IMG/VR virus record: IMGVR_UViG_3300007735_000804
Coordinates: 149,275-213,274 of that record
Strand: one strand, 5' to 3'
DNA length: 64,000 nt
Position numbers and translations under genes: made by a program. The notes below the pieces were generated by a model that saw nothing but the letters and a program-made list of their open reading frames with translations, did not search any database and was not told where the DNA came from. Within the stretch, counting starts at the first letter, position 1, and every line of letters begins with the position of its first letter. Shown here piece by piece: positions 18,700 through 29,144 of this stretch.

Positions 18700-21600
18700 T
18701 TATCTCAACGCAAGTATAAGTGGGGTAACTTCTGCTTGTATTGCCTTACTAAAGTCTCTTCCTCTAATCGTTGCTGTTGGTTGATTGATTTGAAATCCTT
18801 CACCAATGTCAAAGTTTCCTTTTTGGTCAGTGCTTGTAAATGGTACTTGAGCTCCATCTAGTGCGACAATCTCATTCTGTTTTATTGGAACAGCGCCTTT
18901 AAAAGGTGTTGCTGTATTTATATCAACACCCGTACCAATATATTCAAAAGAGTGAGAGCTCGTAAGAATGCGACTAATTCTTTTAAGTGAAACTTCTTCT
19001 CCACCAAATAATTCATATGGGATGAATTCATTAAAAGTAACTGTTGTAATGCCAGTAACTGGTGTTGGGGCAGTTGCAACATCAACTGTATAGTAAATTG
19101 GTTGTGTTACTATTGTTGCCGTAGCACCTCCAGTGCCATCAATAAAAACTTCAAGATTTTGTGTTGGAAGATAATTTCTACCGCTACTAACAACATCAAT
19201 TGCAGTAATTGCACCAGAAACTTCATCAATAGTTGGACTTACTTCTGCAATAACTCCTTGGGGTCCTTTTGGTTGTTGAGTTAAATCGCCAGCATCCCGA
19301 ATAATTACAGTTGGTGGTGATGCTGCACTATAACCAGACCCACCATTAGTAACAATAATTTCTTGAACTTGCAACATAGGTTGTTGCAAAATTGTTGTTG
19401 ATAGACCTGTTGTTATAGCATCGGGATATCTACTCAAATCAATCTTAAAAAATAAAGCTTGCCCATCATAAGGTCTTCTTACGGTTCCTATTCCTCCGTT
19501 TGAATTATCTTTCATATTCGCAAAAGTAACTATATCACTTACAGCATCAACACCAGGTTGGGTTCTTGTAGGTGGATATGTACTTACAATACCAGTAAAC
19601 TCTGTAGATCCTAAACCTACAGCATATAGACCATAATTGCCAAAAGATGAGTTAGAGTTCGTAAGATCACAAGAACCTCCACTTGCGGCAAAAATACCAA
19701 TATCGCAGTTAATTGTAAAAATAGAAACCAATTGAGCATAACCATTGTTGGTAATGGATACTCCAATACCATTTTCATTATATTGCGTAAAAGAGTCACA
19801 TACCATTGATTTTAGATCGTTACCAATTGTTGCTGCTGTAGCATGATTTCCATCAATCTTCATACCAATACTCTTGGTCATGAAATTGGTACAGTTTCTT
19901 ACATAAGGACTTCTCCATCTACCACTAGATCCTTCTGTTGCTGGACCAGGTGATATATATCCAGATACGGCATAATTTGCTGGATTTGTAGGTGGAAATG
20001 CAACTGCACCACAACCAGTATGAGCAACTGCAACACTTGTACCTGCAAAATTAAGATTTTCAATTAGACATCCACGTCGAACATGAAAAACATCTTTTGT
20101 TGGATTATTTGGAATAATCGTAACCAGTCTTAAATCTTGTCCAGAAACTGAAACATCAGTCCTTAATCCAATTGGATTATTTTCTTGATATACTCCGGAG
20201 CGAACAAAAATAGTATCACCTTCTTGTGCAATTGAGGCAGCCGCACCTACAGTTCTTTTCGCATCACCTTCAAGATAACCAGTGTTTGCATCATTACCAT
20301 CCATTGTAACCCAAATAGCATTTTGAGTTTGTACTCCTGGCGGTCTCCAAGAAACACCAGACCCAACAGACGAAAGGCGATAATCAAATTTTCCTGATGC
20401 TGTGCTATTGTTTACATCAATTAAAGAAGAATCTAATTCTAAAGTCCCAACTAGTTTAGTATCTTCGCCTACATTTAAATTTTTCTCAATACCAACTCCA
20501 CCTTGAGTAATTAATGCTCCAGTATCTTTGCTTGTCGATTGTGTTGCACTATTAAATGTAACATCTCCATCAACATCTAAAATATCATTAAGTGTGGTGG
20601 CACCATCAACATTCAGAGTTGTATCTAGATCAGTTGCACCTTTGACATTTAAAGTGGTCTGAAGAACCGTAGCACCATCAACATTCAGAGTTGTATCTAG
20701 ATCAGTTGCACCTTTGACATTTAAAGTAGTTTGGAGTACTGTTGCACCATCAACATTCAGAGTTGTATCTAGATCAGTTGCACCTTTGACATTTAAAGTA
20801 GTTTGGAGTACTGTTGCACCATCAACATTCAGAGTTGTATCTAGATCAGTTGCACCTTTGACATTTAAGGATGATTGAAGAACTGTATTACCATCAACAT
20901 TCAAGGTCGCATCAAAATCAACTGCTCCAGTGGTGTGAAGAGTACCTCCAATGTCTAAAGTTGATGTTGGCGTATTACTTTGAATACCAACATTTGTCAT
21001 TCTGTAAATACTTCCAGTAGAATCAAATCCCCATAAGTCTTGAGTCTTAATATCTGCTATAAAATTGGGATTGGATGGATTTGGAATAGGTGTTATTGTT
21101 GTAGTTCCTATACCAAGACTGTTGACTTCTACAAAGTTTAATACTGTAAATGATTTTGCAATTCCAGTTACTGGTATATAAGTTCCATCATCTTGAACAA
21201 AAATACCATTGCTAAAATTTGGAGATGCTGCTATCCAACGAACTCCTCCAGAGTCCATGTTTAAGTAATAACCATTTATTCCTGGAGAATTTACAGAATC
21301 GTAAATGAAATCATCAATTTTTACACTTCCAGCTACATCAAGTTTTTGTTCTGGATTTGTGCTTCCTATTCCAATTCTATCACTAACAATCGCTGTTCCG
21401 ATTACATCCAATGTTGTTCTTGGATTAGTAGACGCAATGCCAACTCTACCATTATTTGCATTTGCTGTTAAAGTTGTTCCACCAACACCAACATCTAATC
21501 TTTCTCTTACCGTTAGAATTCCTACATTTACAGTTTTGGTAAAATAAACATCATCATAAAAATTTGCTGGTCCGTAAAAATTTGACGACCCTAAAATATC

Positions 21601-21729
21601 TAAATCTTGTACGGTAAGTTTAGTATTAAAAACATTATAATGAAGAGTTCCGTAAATATAAACATCTTTGAAAAATACAGCGTCTTCATTAAAATTAGAT
21701 TGTAATCCAAAATATTGAGGATCTGCCAT
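18700..21729 (-). CDS. Virion structural protein (1009 aa) with beta-helix-like domain and 24-aa repeats
   Basis: GDTIFVRSGVYQENNPI...DLRLVTI...SPYVRNCT is a pectin-lyase-like beta-helix of cyanophage tail proteins; tandem repeats are also present. Confidence 0.8.
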   Translation of the reverse strand: MADPQYFGLQSNFNEDAVFFKDVYIYGTLHYNVFNTKLTVQDLDILGSSNFYGPANFYDDVYFTKTVNVGILTVRERLDVGVGGTTLTANANNGRVGIASTNPRTTLDVIGTAIVSDRIGIGSTNPEQKLDVAGSVKIDDFIYDSVNSPGINGYYLNMDSGGVRWIAASPNFSNGIFVQDDGTYIPVTGIAKSFTVLNFVEVNSLGIGTTTITPIPNPSNPNFIADIKTQDLWGFDSTGSIYRMTNVGIQSNTPTSTLDIGGTLHTTGAVDFDATLNVDGNTVLQSSLNVKGATDLDTTLNVDGATVLQTTLNVKGATDLDTTLNVDGATVLQTTLNVKGATDLDTTLNVDGATVLQTTLNVKGATDLDTTLNVDGATTLNDILDVDGDVTFNSATQSTSKDTGALITQGGVGIEKNLNVGEDTKLVGTLELDSSLIDVNNSTASGKFDYRLSSVGSGVSWRPPGVQTQNAIWVTMDGNDANTGYLEGDAKRTVGAAASIAQEGDTIFVRSGVYQENNPIGLRTDVSVSGQDLRLVTIIPNNPTKDVFHVRRGCLIENLNFAGTSVAVAHTGCGAVAFPPTNPANYAVSGYISPGPATEGSSGRWRSPYVRNCTNFMTKSIGMKIDGNHATAATIGNDLKSMVCDSFTQYNENGIGVSITNNGYAQLVSIFTINCDIGIFAASGGSCDLTNSNSSFGNYGLYAVGLGSTEFTGIVSTYPPTRTQPGVDAVSDIVTFANMKDNSNGGIGTVRRPYDGQALFFKIDLSRYPDAITTGLSTTILQQPMLQVQEIIVTNGGSGYSAASPPTVIIRDAGDLTQQPKGPQGVIAEVSPTIDEVSGAITAIDVVSSGRNYLPTQNLEVFIDGTGGATATIVTQPIYYTVDVATAPTPVTGITTVTFNEFIPYELFGGEEVSLKRISRILTSSHSFEYIGTGVDINTATPFKGAVPIKQNEIVALDGAQVPFTSTDQKGNFDIGEGFQINQPTATIRGRDFSKAIQAEVTPLILALR
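20600..20868 (-). repeat. Four near-identical 72-bp (24-aa) tandem repeats
   Basis: gcaccatcaacattcagagttgtatctagatcagttgcacctttgacatttaa starts at 20600, 20672, 20744 and 20816, exactly 72 bp apart. Confidence 0.9.
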
Positions 21730-21730
21730 A

Positions 21731-22312
21731 TTACGTTACCGCATCAACTACAGTATTAACAACATTAGCAAACATTCCTGCAGTGTTTAAAATTTGAGAA
21801 ACTTTATCAAGACCAATTTTACTTTCTTCAAACACTTTTGTTGTAAAATCTTTTTTTAATAACTCTATCAAATTTCCACTTGTTCCTTTAACATCGACTT
21901 TTTGACCATCTATCATAATACGACCAGAACCAGATTTCATACTAATATTTCTTCCCGCCTTAAAATGCAGATCTTCCTCTGCCTCTATCATAATATTTGT
22001 GGCATAAATGCGAACCATTCCGTTTGCTGAAATGGATACGTTGCCATTATTGCCAATAATAACTATGTCTTCTCGCCCTTCTTCATTTTTTTTACCTGCA
22101 CAAATTTGAAGAGAGTGATCATTATAAATTGACATCAATCCACTACTACTTAAACTGATTGATGACTGATTATCTCCATTATCCGTTACGCCATAAATTT
22201 TATAAACATCTACTCCACTACCTCCCATTTGAGGGTTAGCAGTGTCAATCCTAAAATTAGGATTAAAACTAATTAATTGTCTTTTAAAAAAATTTTTGGG
22301 TCTTTCTGCCAT
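21731..22312 (-). CDS. Baseplate hub/spike protein, gp5 C-terminal-like
   Basis: Short beta-strand repeats (IVIIGNNGNVSISANGMVRIYATNIMIEAEEDLHFKAGRNISMKSG), immediately after gp5. Confidence 0.65.
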   Translation of the reverse strand: MAERPKNFFKRQLISFNPNFRIDTANPQMGGSGVDVYKIYGVTDNGDNQSSISLSSSGLMSIYNDHSLQICAGKKNEEGREDIVIIGNNGNVSISANGMVRIYATNIMIEAEEDLHFKAGRNISMKSGSGRIMIDGQKVDVKGTSGNLIELLKKDFTTKVFEESKIGLDKVSQILNTAGMFANVVNTVVDAVT

Positions 22313-22313
22313 T

Positions 22314-24278
22314 TTATATTGGGCAATCTATTGATGTTTTAATGTCTCCAGAAACCTTAACTGTACCCAAAAGTGGACGAAGAATTGCTCCAGTTCCAGT
22401 GTTTGATGTAATTGTAAGAATTGGTAAGGTATCAATAACATTATTTAGAGGTTTAACTCGATAGATACGACCATCAACAATTTGGGAATCGTAAGTATTT
22501 CCAACACTATCAGTAATTACAACATCTTTATATCCAGTTCCACCATTCTCTATTATCACATCTATAATAGAATATTCATCAATATTACCAATTGAATAAT
22601 TTTCTCCTTCAGAAACTATGTAAATTGATTTAATTTCTCCACTTCCATTTAAAGTTGCTCTTGCAACTGCACCATAACCTTGATCTGCATCATCAATAAT
22701 TTCAACAAATGGTGGAAATGCATAACCAGATCCAGGATTTGTAACTTGAACTCCAATAACACTTGCAGTTGTATTACCATCCGAATTAGTTACAACATTT
22801 CCAAAAATTGGAACTGCTTCAGCACCAGAACCACCACCACCAAAGATATTAATTGTAGGTGGGCTTGCAAATTGTAATGCATCCGTAAAACATTGTTGAA
22901 CAGAATTAATGTCAACACCAGAATTTACAATATCTGTAATATTTTGTACAGAATCAAAAGTATCTACCATCGAGTTTGTTAATGATGATACTGATCCAGA
23001 TGAACCACCACCTACAGTCCATTGATTTACAAGATTTTTGAAATTATCTGTGCTTTGATTACAAGCAAATCCCACACCAAATTGAGATAATAAACCTATA
23101 GATTCTCTGAGAACATTACCAAGATCAAAATCTGAGAAAAATTGTAAAAGTTGTACTACTGCTTCTATAGGTCCACTCAATAGATTTTCTAAAACACCAA
23201 TGACAGAATTTAAAAGAGTTCCTGCGAATTGATCAACTGCACAACTTACAAATCTATCTACATTATCAACAACAGAATTTAAAATATCAGAAACAACACC
23301 TTTTAATTCTTCAATAACAGAACCAGCAACACATCCAAATGCTTCTTCAAGTGACTTAACTGGTATTACCATAGCTTCTTGAGCTAGAAGACCAGCTTGG
23401 TGTGCTAATGCTGGATTACCAGTCGCTATAAGGAATTGGGCGTAGACTAGATCATATAGTAATTTTAAACCTTCCTTCAATAAACCAACTAGACCTGGAA
23501 AACTACCTCCATTTTCTTCATCGCCATTAATCAAATAATCAAACATACCACCCACAAAATCATTACAATAAGTAACAATTGTATCTGCTGCTCTATCAAT
23601 TTCTGTTTGAATTTTTTGAAGATCTCCTTGAAGTTGTCTTAAATCCTTGAGAAGATTATCGACAGTTGATTTTATTTTATCAATCTGAGTATTTTTAACC
23701 GTGTTAGCAAGAGGAAACTTATCTCCAATTGCATCACTTTCTGGAACTATTTGCTCACCTACTTCTTGTGATAATTGTTGTGCTTGCTCTGGTGTAATGC
23801 TTTGAGGTGAACGTTGAGAATTTTCGGTGGGTTGATTACTTTCACTTGGAGTAACTTTCGCTTTTTCTACTTTACTAGAATAACCAGTAAACGCTTCAAA
23901 TGGAGATTGATAACTTGTTGAAGGAACAAAATCACTTCTACCAAATGTTGCAAGAATAACTGGAATTTGAGCATTATCACCATCTAAAAAGAATCCAAGA
24001 ACAACATCGCCTTGTTGAAGTTGAACTCCAGTCGCTACATTCGCAGCACCACTCCCTGCCGTGGTTGGAATCAAACATTGTGCCCAAGGTAGATCTTCAT
24101 TTGGAAGATCCGCCTCACTATAAGGATGATAACCTAAAATTCTAACCTTAAAACGATTTCCCCAACCACCACCTTCTATTTGTTGTCCCATAGAAGATAA
24201 TGGTGGAATCTGACCGATCCACCAACGAAACCCGTCTCTACCAATAAAGTGACTTTGAAGTAATGATTGATCTAACAT
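22314..24278 (-). CDS. gp5: Baseplate hub subunit gp5 (N-terminal OB-fold)
   Basis: FIGRDGFRWWIGQI...RFKVRILGYHP...LPWAQ...GDVVLGFFLDGDNAQIPVILAT. Confidence 0.85.
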   Translation of the reverse strand: MLDQSLLQSHFIGRDGFRWWIGQIPPLSSMGQQIEGGGWGNRFKVRILGYHPYSEADLPNEDLPWAQCLIPTTAGSGAANVATGVQLQQGDVVLGFFLDGDNAQIPVILATFGRSDFVPSTSYQSPFEAFTGYSSKVEKAKVTPSESNQPTENSQRSPQSITPEQAQQLSQEVGEQIVPESDAIGDKFPLANTVKNTQIDKIKSTVDNLLKDLRQLQGDLQKIQTEIDRAADTIVTYCNDFVGGMFDYLINGDEENGGSFPGLVGLLKEGLKLLYDLVYAQFLIATGNPALAHQAGLLAQEAMVIPVKSLEEAFGCVAGSVIEELKGVVSDILNSVVDNVDRFVSCAVDQFAGTLLNSVIGVLENLLSGPIEAVVQLLQFFSDFDLGNVLRESIGLLSQFGVGFACNQSTDNFKNLVNQWTVGGGSSGSVSSLTNSMVDTFDSVQNITDIVNSGVDINSVQQCFTDALQFASPPTINIFGGGGSGAEAVPIFGNVVTNSDGNTTASVIGVQVTNPGSGYAFPPFVEIIDDADQGYGAVARATLNGSGEIKSIYIVSEGENYSIGNIDEYSIIDVIIENGGTGYKDVVITDSVGNTYDSQIVDGRIYRVKPLNNVIDTLPILTITSNTGTGAILRPLLGTVKVSGDIKTSIDCPI

Positions 24279-25616
24279 TTATAATGCCTTTGCCTCTACA
24301 TTAATACCAAATGTATCTCTTACTAATTTCATCGAAGTATATGAATAATTTGCATCAAAGTGATGGCACAACTCCTTAATCATATATAGACCACTAGTTT
24401 CAGTGTCATATTCTTTTGCTTTTGATTGTGTGATTTTTGGAAACTGACACTCTATAATATCACCTGCTCTTAAATTTGTGTTCGATGGCACCATTACACT
24501 TAAAGTTTGTGTAAACAAAATATTGTATCTCATAAGAGATTGAGACTGATATTCCGTTTGATCAGAATTAATTGCTGTTGATACATCCTTCTCCATCGTA
24601 CCAACGTCATAAACTGCAGTAATAAGACGAGTTGGAACATCTCCTAACGTCTTGTCGGATCCCTCTGAAAGTGGTGGTAATTTAAGTTGACTACCAAGAT
24701 TTTTAGTTTTACCTGCATAATTCTCAAGTTTAAACATTCCCTCTTCTGGTTTAGAAAATGAAAAATCTAGTGGGTTAAAAAACATTCTATGACTACCATA
24801 TGTTCCTAACTTTAATTTTTCAATCAAATTTTGATTTTTTTCGGTTACATAATTCAAAATTTTAAAATCATTGTTTACTTTATTATTATTTTCATCATAA
24901 GATTCATTCGCTTGGTTATAAGTATAGACTGCTTTTGCAGGTTGCTTTATCAAATCATCAACAGATCTAAACTGAAAACCATCTTTTGTTTGATAAAATA
25001 AAAATCCTGCAGTAGCACTTCCAGAACTTTCAGGAACTGCTTTTGATGCTAACCATATTAATACACTAAATGGTTTTCTTAAATTTCCAATAAATCCATA
25101 CTTGTTAGATGACTTATCGATTGTCCCTATCTTATTTGTCTTTAAAGTATCTTTTAAAATTTTCTCTACAGAATTGCTGATTTTTAAACTTGTTGGATAT
25201 TTTTGTCCAACTCTTGTAGTCTCATTTGTAATTGCTTCTCTTGAAACAAGATGTAATGTAAAACTTTCTTGGTTAGTTTCAGAAATAACATCAGTAATGC
25301 TTGAAACATATAAGTAATCTTCTACTTTTTTTGAAAAATCAAGTCCAGGATTTGTCTGTGAATTACCTGCAACTTTCATCGAAAGTCTTTCACCACCGCG
25401 AAGTGGAAGACCATTATAAATTGATTGCTTATCAGTTCCCCCTTCTGCAGTAATTGTATTACCTGTGTTTATAATTTTAACCTTTGCTGTAATCGTGGGT
25501 GAAAAAATGTCCTCAAAATAATCAACGGAAATGGCACCAGTCGAAATATCAATTGTTCGACTGCGATCATTTGACTCTAAAACTAACTCTTCGTATATTG
25601 ACTTTGTAATCGACAT
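24279..25616 (-). CDS. Baseplate hub protein (gp27-like; conserved in cyanomyophages)
   Basis: VDYFEDIFSPT, GLPLRGGE, FLFYQTKDGFQFRSVD, and VPSNTNLRAGDIIEC...SGLYMIKELCHHF. Confidence 0.7.
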   Translation of the reverse strand: MSITKSIYEELVLESNDRSRTIDISTGAISVDYFEDIFSPTITAKVKIINTGNTITAEGGTDKQSIYNGLPLRGGERLSMKVAGNSQTNPGLDFSKKVEDYLYVSSITDVISETNQESFTLHLVSREAITNETTRVGQKYPTSLKISNSVEKILKDTLKTNKIGTIDKSSNKYGFIGNLRKPFSVLIWLASKAVPESSGSATAGFLFYQTKDGFQFRSVDDLIKQPAKAVYTYNQANESYDENNNKVNNDFKILNYVTEKNQNLIEKLKLGTYGSHRMFFNPLDFSFSKPEEGMFKLENYAGKTKNLGSQLKLPPLSEGSDKTLGDVPTRLITAVYDVGTMEKDVSTAINSDQTEYQSQSLMRYNILFTQTLSVMVPSNTNLRAGDIIECQFPKITQSKAKEYDTETSGLYMIKELCHHFDANYSYTSMKLVRDTFGINVEAKAL

Positions 25617-27394
25617 TATAGGTACGCCAAATCTAAAAGAAGTTTATTCTTGATAAAGTTATTTAACATCATAAAGTTCGATGCTGGAGTTTGACCAGTA
25701 TCTCCACCACCTCCACCTCCTCCCATAATAACATTCTGTTGAGATGGTGGTTGAGCAATAATAATGTCTTGCCCTCTTCTTTCTGGAGTGATTCCTGCTG
25801 GATATGACATTCTTTGTTGTGGTGGTGCTGATATTTGCGCTGGCGAAGATTTTACTACTCCCGGAGATGTTCCACCTTTAAATTCAAAATGCCCTCCATG
25901 ACTTCCAGAATAATCATATGCATACCAACCATATCTAGCACCATATTTTCTCATCCAAGCATTTGAAGGACCATGTATATCTAATGCTAATCCCTTAAGG
26001 TGTTTGGATTTTATGGCGCCACCAACTTTTACATTTTTTTCAAAACTGCGCTGACTACTTGCAACGTCAGATCCTTTTACTATCCCTCCAGAATCTCTCA
26101 TCATAGCAGCAAATGCTTCTGCTGCAGATCTAGAAAGAACTACTGGTCTACCATAAACATCTTTTGCACCATCAGGAGTAAATCCACCACCAGTATCCGC
26201 AGTTCCAGATGTATATTGGGAAGAACCAGCAGTAACAATAGATGGTTTTGAAGGTGACTGTATATTTTGTTGAGTTGGTTTCCCAAGTGGAGTATTTTTC
26301 GCTTTATACATTAATGCTATTTGCTCTTTTGTATATTTGGAATACTTTGTCCAAGCACCAGGACCTTGTGTTTTAAGTAGTCCCATTGCCAATAAATCTT
26401 GATTATTTTGATCAAATCTATCATTATCCTTTAATCCAGCAGATGTTTGTGCAGATATAAGAGATCCTGGAATAATTTGATATCTACCAGCTGCCCACAA
26501 AGTTTTTTTAACATTTTGATATTGCTTGACTTCACCAATGCTCATATCGGTAAGATTTTTTCCAAGCCATTTCTTTGATCCTCCCGGGCGATCACCAGCT
26601 TGACCATTGTTCATTGCGTTATAATCACCACCACTTTCTGGTCCTGCAATAATATCTAAAGCTTGTTTATGAATCGGTTGCAATTTTCCACCTTGACCTG
26701 ATGTTCCAGGGTCATTATAAGCCCCCTCATCAGTTATTTCTGTTCCAAATCCAGGAATTTGTTCCCCACTATACTTACCTTGAGTCAAAGGTGTAGTTAC
26801 AAGACCAAATGCCTCTTCTATCTGCACCCCTAATCCAGCAATTGTCGAATTTAATTGGTCAAATGAACTTCTTAATCGATTTGAACTATCTAGAAAATCA
26901 AAACTCGCAATATTTTGTCCCAATGCACCCATAATATTGCCAAAATTAGCAAATAATTGAATTGTATTGTTGAAGAATCCAGATAACAATTGCCCTGCTC
27001 TTTGTAATCTAGCAATAAACTCTTTACCAATTCCAAGCAAAGTTGGAAGGTTATTCAATAACCAACCAGCAGTTAAATAACCAACAAATCCTATAAGTCT
27101 TTCAAAAAATCCTTTTGAGGTATCTGCTTGTGCAAGATTTTGAGCACCATTAGGTTTCTGTAATGTATCTACTGCCTCAATTTCATCTTCAAGTTGTTTT
27201 CTTCTCTCCGTCTCAACACGACGAGTTCTCAACATTTTGGTTTGAGTAAATATTTCTCTTTTAACTTTCGTTCTTTTAAATACAACTTGAGAAATATTTT
27301 GTATAGACTTATTTGCAGTCGTAACACCTTTTTTAGCAAGGTCTGTAGTTTTTGATAGTTTTTGAAAATTAACAGAAGGAGCTAAAAGTGCCAT
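25616..27394 (-). CDS. Virion-associated murein hydrolase (lysozyme-like plus M15/VanY-like peptidase domains)
   Basis: ESGGDYNAMN...AAGRYQII...FDQNNQD is lysozyme-like. SSQRS...SKHLKGLALDI...W...GARYGW...HGGHFEF is an M15 zinc peptidase pattern. Confidence 0.75.
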   Translation of the reverse strand: MALLAPSVNFQKLSKTTDLAKKGVTTANKSIQNISQVVFKRTKVKREIFTQTKMLRTRRVETERRKQLEDEIEAVDTLQKPNGAQNLAQADTSKGFFERLIGFVGYLTAGWLLNNLPTLLGIGKEFIARLQRAGQLLSGFFNNTIQLFANFGNIMGALGQNIASFDFLDSSNRLRSSFDQLNSTIAGLGVQIEEAFGLVTTPLTQGKYSGEQIPGFGTEITDEGAYNDPGTSGQGGKLQPIHKQALDIIAGPESGGDYNAMNNGQAGDRPGGSKKWLGKNLTDMSIGEVKQYQNVKKTLWAAGRYQIIPGSLISAQTSAGLKDNDRFDQNNQDLLAMGLLKTQGPGAWTKYSKYTKEQIALMYKAKNTPLGKPTQQNIQSPSKPSIVTAGSSQYTSGTADTGGGFTPDGAKDVYGRPVVLSRSAAEAFAAMMRDSGGIVKGSDVASSQRSFEKNVKVGGAIKSKHLKGLALDIHGPSNAWMRKYGARYGWYAYDYSGSHGGHFEFKGGTSPGVVKSSPAQISAPPQQRMSYPAGITPERRGQDIIIAQPPSQQNVIMGGGGGGGDTGQTPASNFMMLNNFIKNKLLLDLAYL

Positions 27395-27395
27395 T

Positions 27396-28976
27396 TTACA
27401 TTACCACATTATAATTGAGTTGTGAATATAAAACATAGAAGTTATCAGTATTTCCAGAAGGAACAAATGGAACATCAGTAAGTGGTTGTTGCTGTGGTGC
27501 AGGTGCAACTTGTGTTCTATCTTGTCCTCCGCTTGCAACAATTATATTTGGTTTTGGATCTGGTAAAGTTCCAACTGGTGCTATTGGTTTTGGTGGTGCT
27601 TGAACTTTTGCTTGACTCGTTTTTTTAGTTGGTTCTGATAGTTTTTGCTGCAACCCTTCAAAATCAATCGTTCCATATGGTGATGTAGACTCTGTTGGTT
27701 GTGTTTGTATGTCATTAAATGCGTTCAATTGATTTGCAGTATCTACAGAGAATGAAAATTCACTTAACTGTGGTGTTGCTGGTGTTTGTGGTTGAACTGG
27801 TGGCATCTCTGCAGGAGTTGGCGATGCTGCGGTTGGTTTTACTTTTGCTGTTGATGGTTCTTCTTTTTTACCAAAAAATGTACCTTTACCAAATCCAAAT
27901 TCTCTTGCAACATCTAAACCAGCAAATCCCAAACCAATACCAGGAATCGCAGATCCATAAGATAATAAACCTCCAACAATATCACCTTTAGCAATTCGAT
28001 ATGTACCAACTCCAAGTGCTAATGGTGTAAAGACTTTAGAAGCAACATTTCCTGCACCTCTTAAAAGACCACTAGCACCTTTACCTACATTTTTAGCTGC
28101 GCCCAAAAATTTGTCAAGGAAATTTCCACCTCTAGATAAAACTTTTCCACCACTTGTTGTAATTGGTACTTTTCCAGCAGTTTTTGCAGCAGCAGATCCA
28201 AGACCAAATAATTTCGAAAATGCTGCACCTGCTGCTCTGAATGGTGCTAAAGCAATTTTGGCAGCTAACCCAGCAATTCTAAAAGTAAGAGCACTAATGG
28301 TTCTCATTACGAGACCAAAACCTATCTTAATTGCAGCAAATGCACCAATAGTATAAAGAACATTTTTAATTACAGAATTTTTAATTTCTTCAAGTTTTTT
28401 TGTATCGCCAGATGTAAATGCCTTGAGAGTTTCAATTCCCTGATTTGTTAACCAACCGAAAAATAGCGTTGTCATCGCACCCATTATTCGGTCAAATAAA
28501 CCAACAACTTTCTTTTGAATATTAAGAACTGGTCTTGCTAAAGCTGCTGTTATTCTTCTTTCTAGTAAACTTTCTCGACCAGCTCTAATTTGTCTTTCGT
28601 TTAATCTTCTTTCTGCTTCTTGTTCATCTTTTAAATTCTTTTGTTCAAGTTGACCCTCTAATAAAAGTTGTCTACCAAGATTTCCAATTCCACCAGATAG
28701 AACCTGAACATTAACACGAATTACGTCTAGACTTTGTTGAAGAGCACCTACAGATTGTTGCGTTTGTTCAATCTGCAAATTTTGAGTTCTATCAACTAAA
28801 CTTGTTTGTGGTCTTACAATTATAGCACTACCCTTTCCAGTTTCTCCGCCTCCTCCACCGCTTGCAAATCCAGATACTCTGGTGCTTCTAAATATTGCTT
28901 TTCTTCTCTCCGCAGACAAATAAGACCCGGTAACAGGATCAACCCCAGTTTGTGCTATAGTTACGGGATCAGCCAT
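27396..28976 (-). CDS. Baseplate hub / tail-length-determining protein (gp29-like)
   Basis: Helical and amphipathic Ala/Gly-rich sequence; position after gp51 matches cyanomyophage synteny. Confidence 0.6.
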   Translation of the reverse strand: MADPVTIAQTGVDPVTGSYLSAERRKAIFRSTRVSGFASGGGGGETGKGSAIIVRPQTSLVDRTQNLQIEQTQQSVGALQQSLDVIRVNVQVLSGGIGNLGRQLLLEGQLEQKNLKDEQEAERRLNERQIRAGRESLLERRITAALARPVLNIQKKVVGLFDRIMGAMTTLFFGWLTNQGIETLKAFTSGDTKKLEEIKNSVIKNVLYTIGAFAAIKIGFGLVMRTISALTFRIAGLAAKIALAPFRAAGAAFSKLFGLGSAAAKTAGKVPITTSGGKVLSRGGNFLDKFLGAAKNVGKGASGLLRGAGNVASKVFTPLALGVGTYRIAKGDIVGGLLSYGSAIPGIGLGFAGLDVAREFGFGKGTFFGKKEEPSTAKVKPTAASPTPAEMPPVQPQTPATPQLSEFSFSVDTANQLNAFNDIQTQPTESTSPYGTIDFEGLQQKLSEPTKKTSQAKVQAPPKPIAPVGTLPDPKPNIIVASGGQDRTQVAPAPQQQPLTDVPFVPSGNTDNFYVLYSQLNYNVVM

Positions 28977-29142
28977 TCGATTGGTTCTTTAAGTTTTCTT
29001 CTTCAATATACTGTTGGAGAAGACTAATATAAACTTCCCTTTCCCAAGGAATCATATTTTCCAACTCTGTTAATGAATATTTATGATGCTGAATGAGGGC
29101 AAAGTTAGTTTTATAGTATGACGCAAGATCCTCATGCGTCAT
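28969..29142 (-). CDS. gp51: Baseplate hub assembly catalyst gp51; not in the ORF track
   Basis: Manual translation MTHEDLASYYKTNFALIQHHKYSLTELENMIPWEREVYISLLQQYIEEENLKNQSNG*. Confidence 0.85.
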   Translation of the reverse strand: MTHEDLASYYKTNFALIQHHKYSLTELENMIPWEREVYISLLQQYIEEENLKNQSNG

Positions 29143-29144
29143 TG

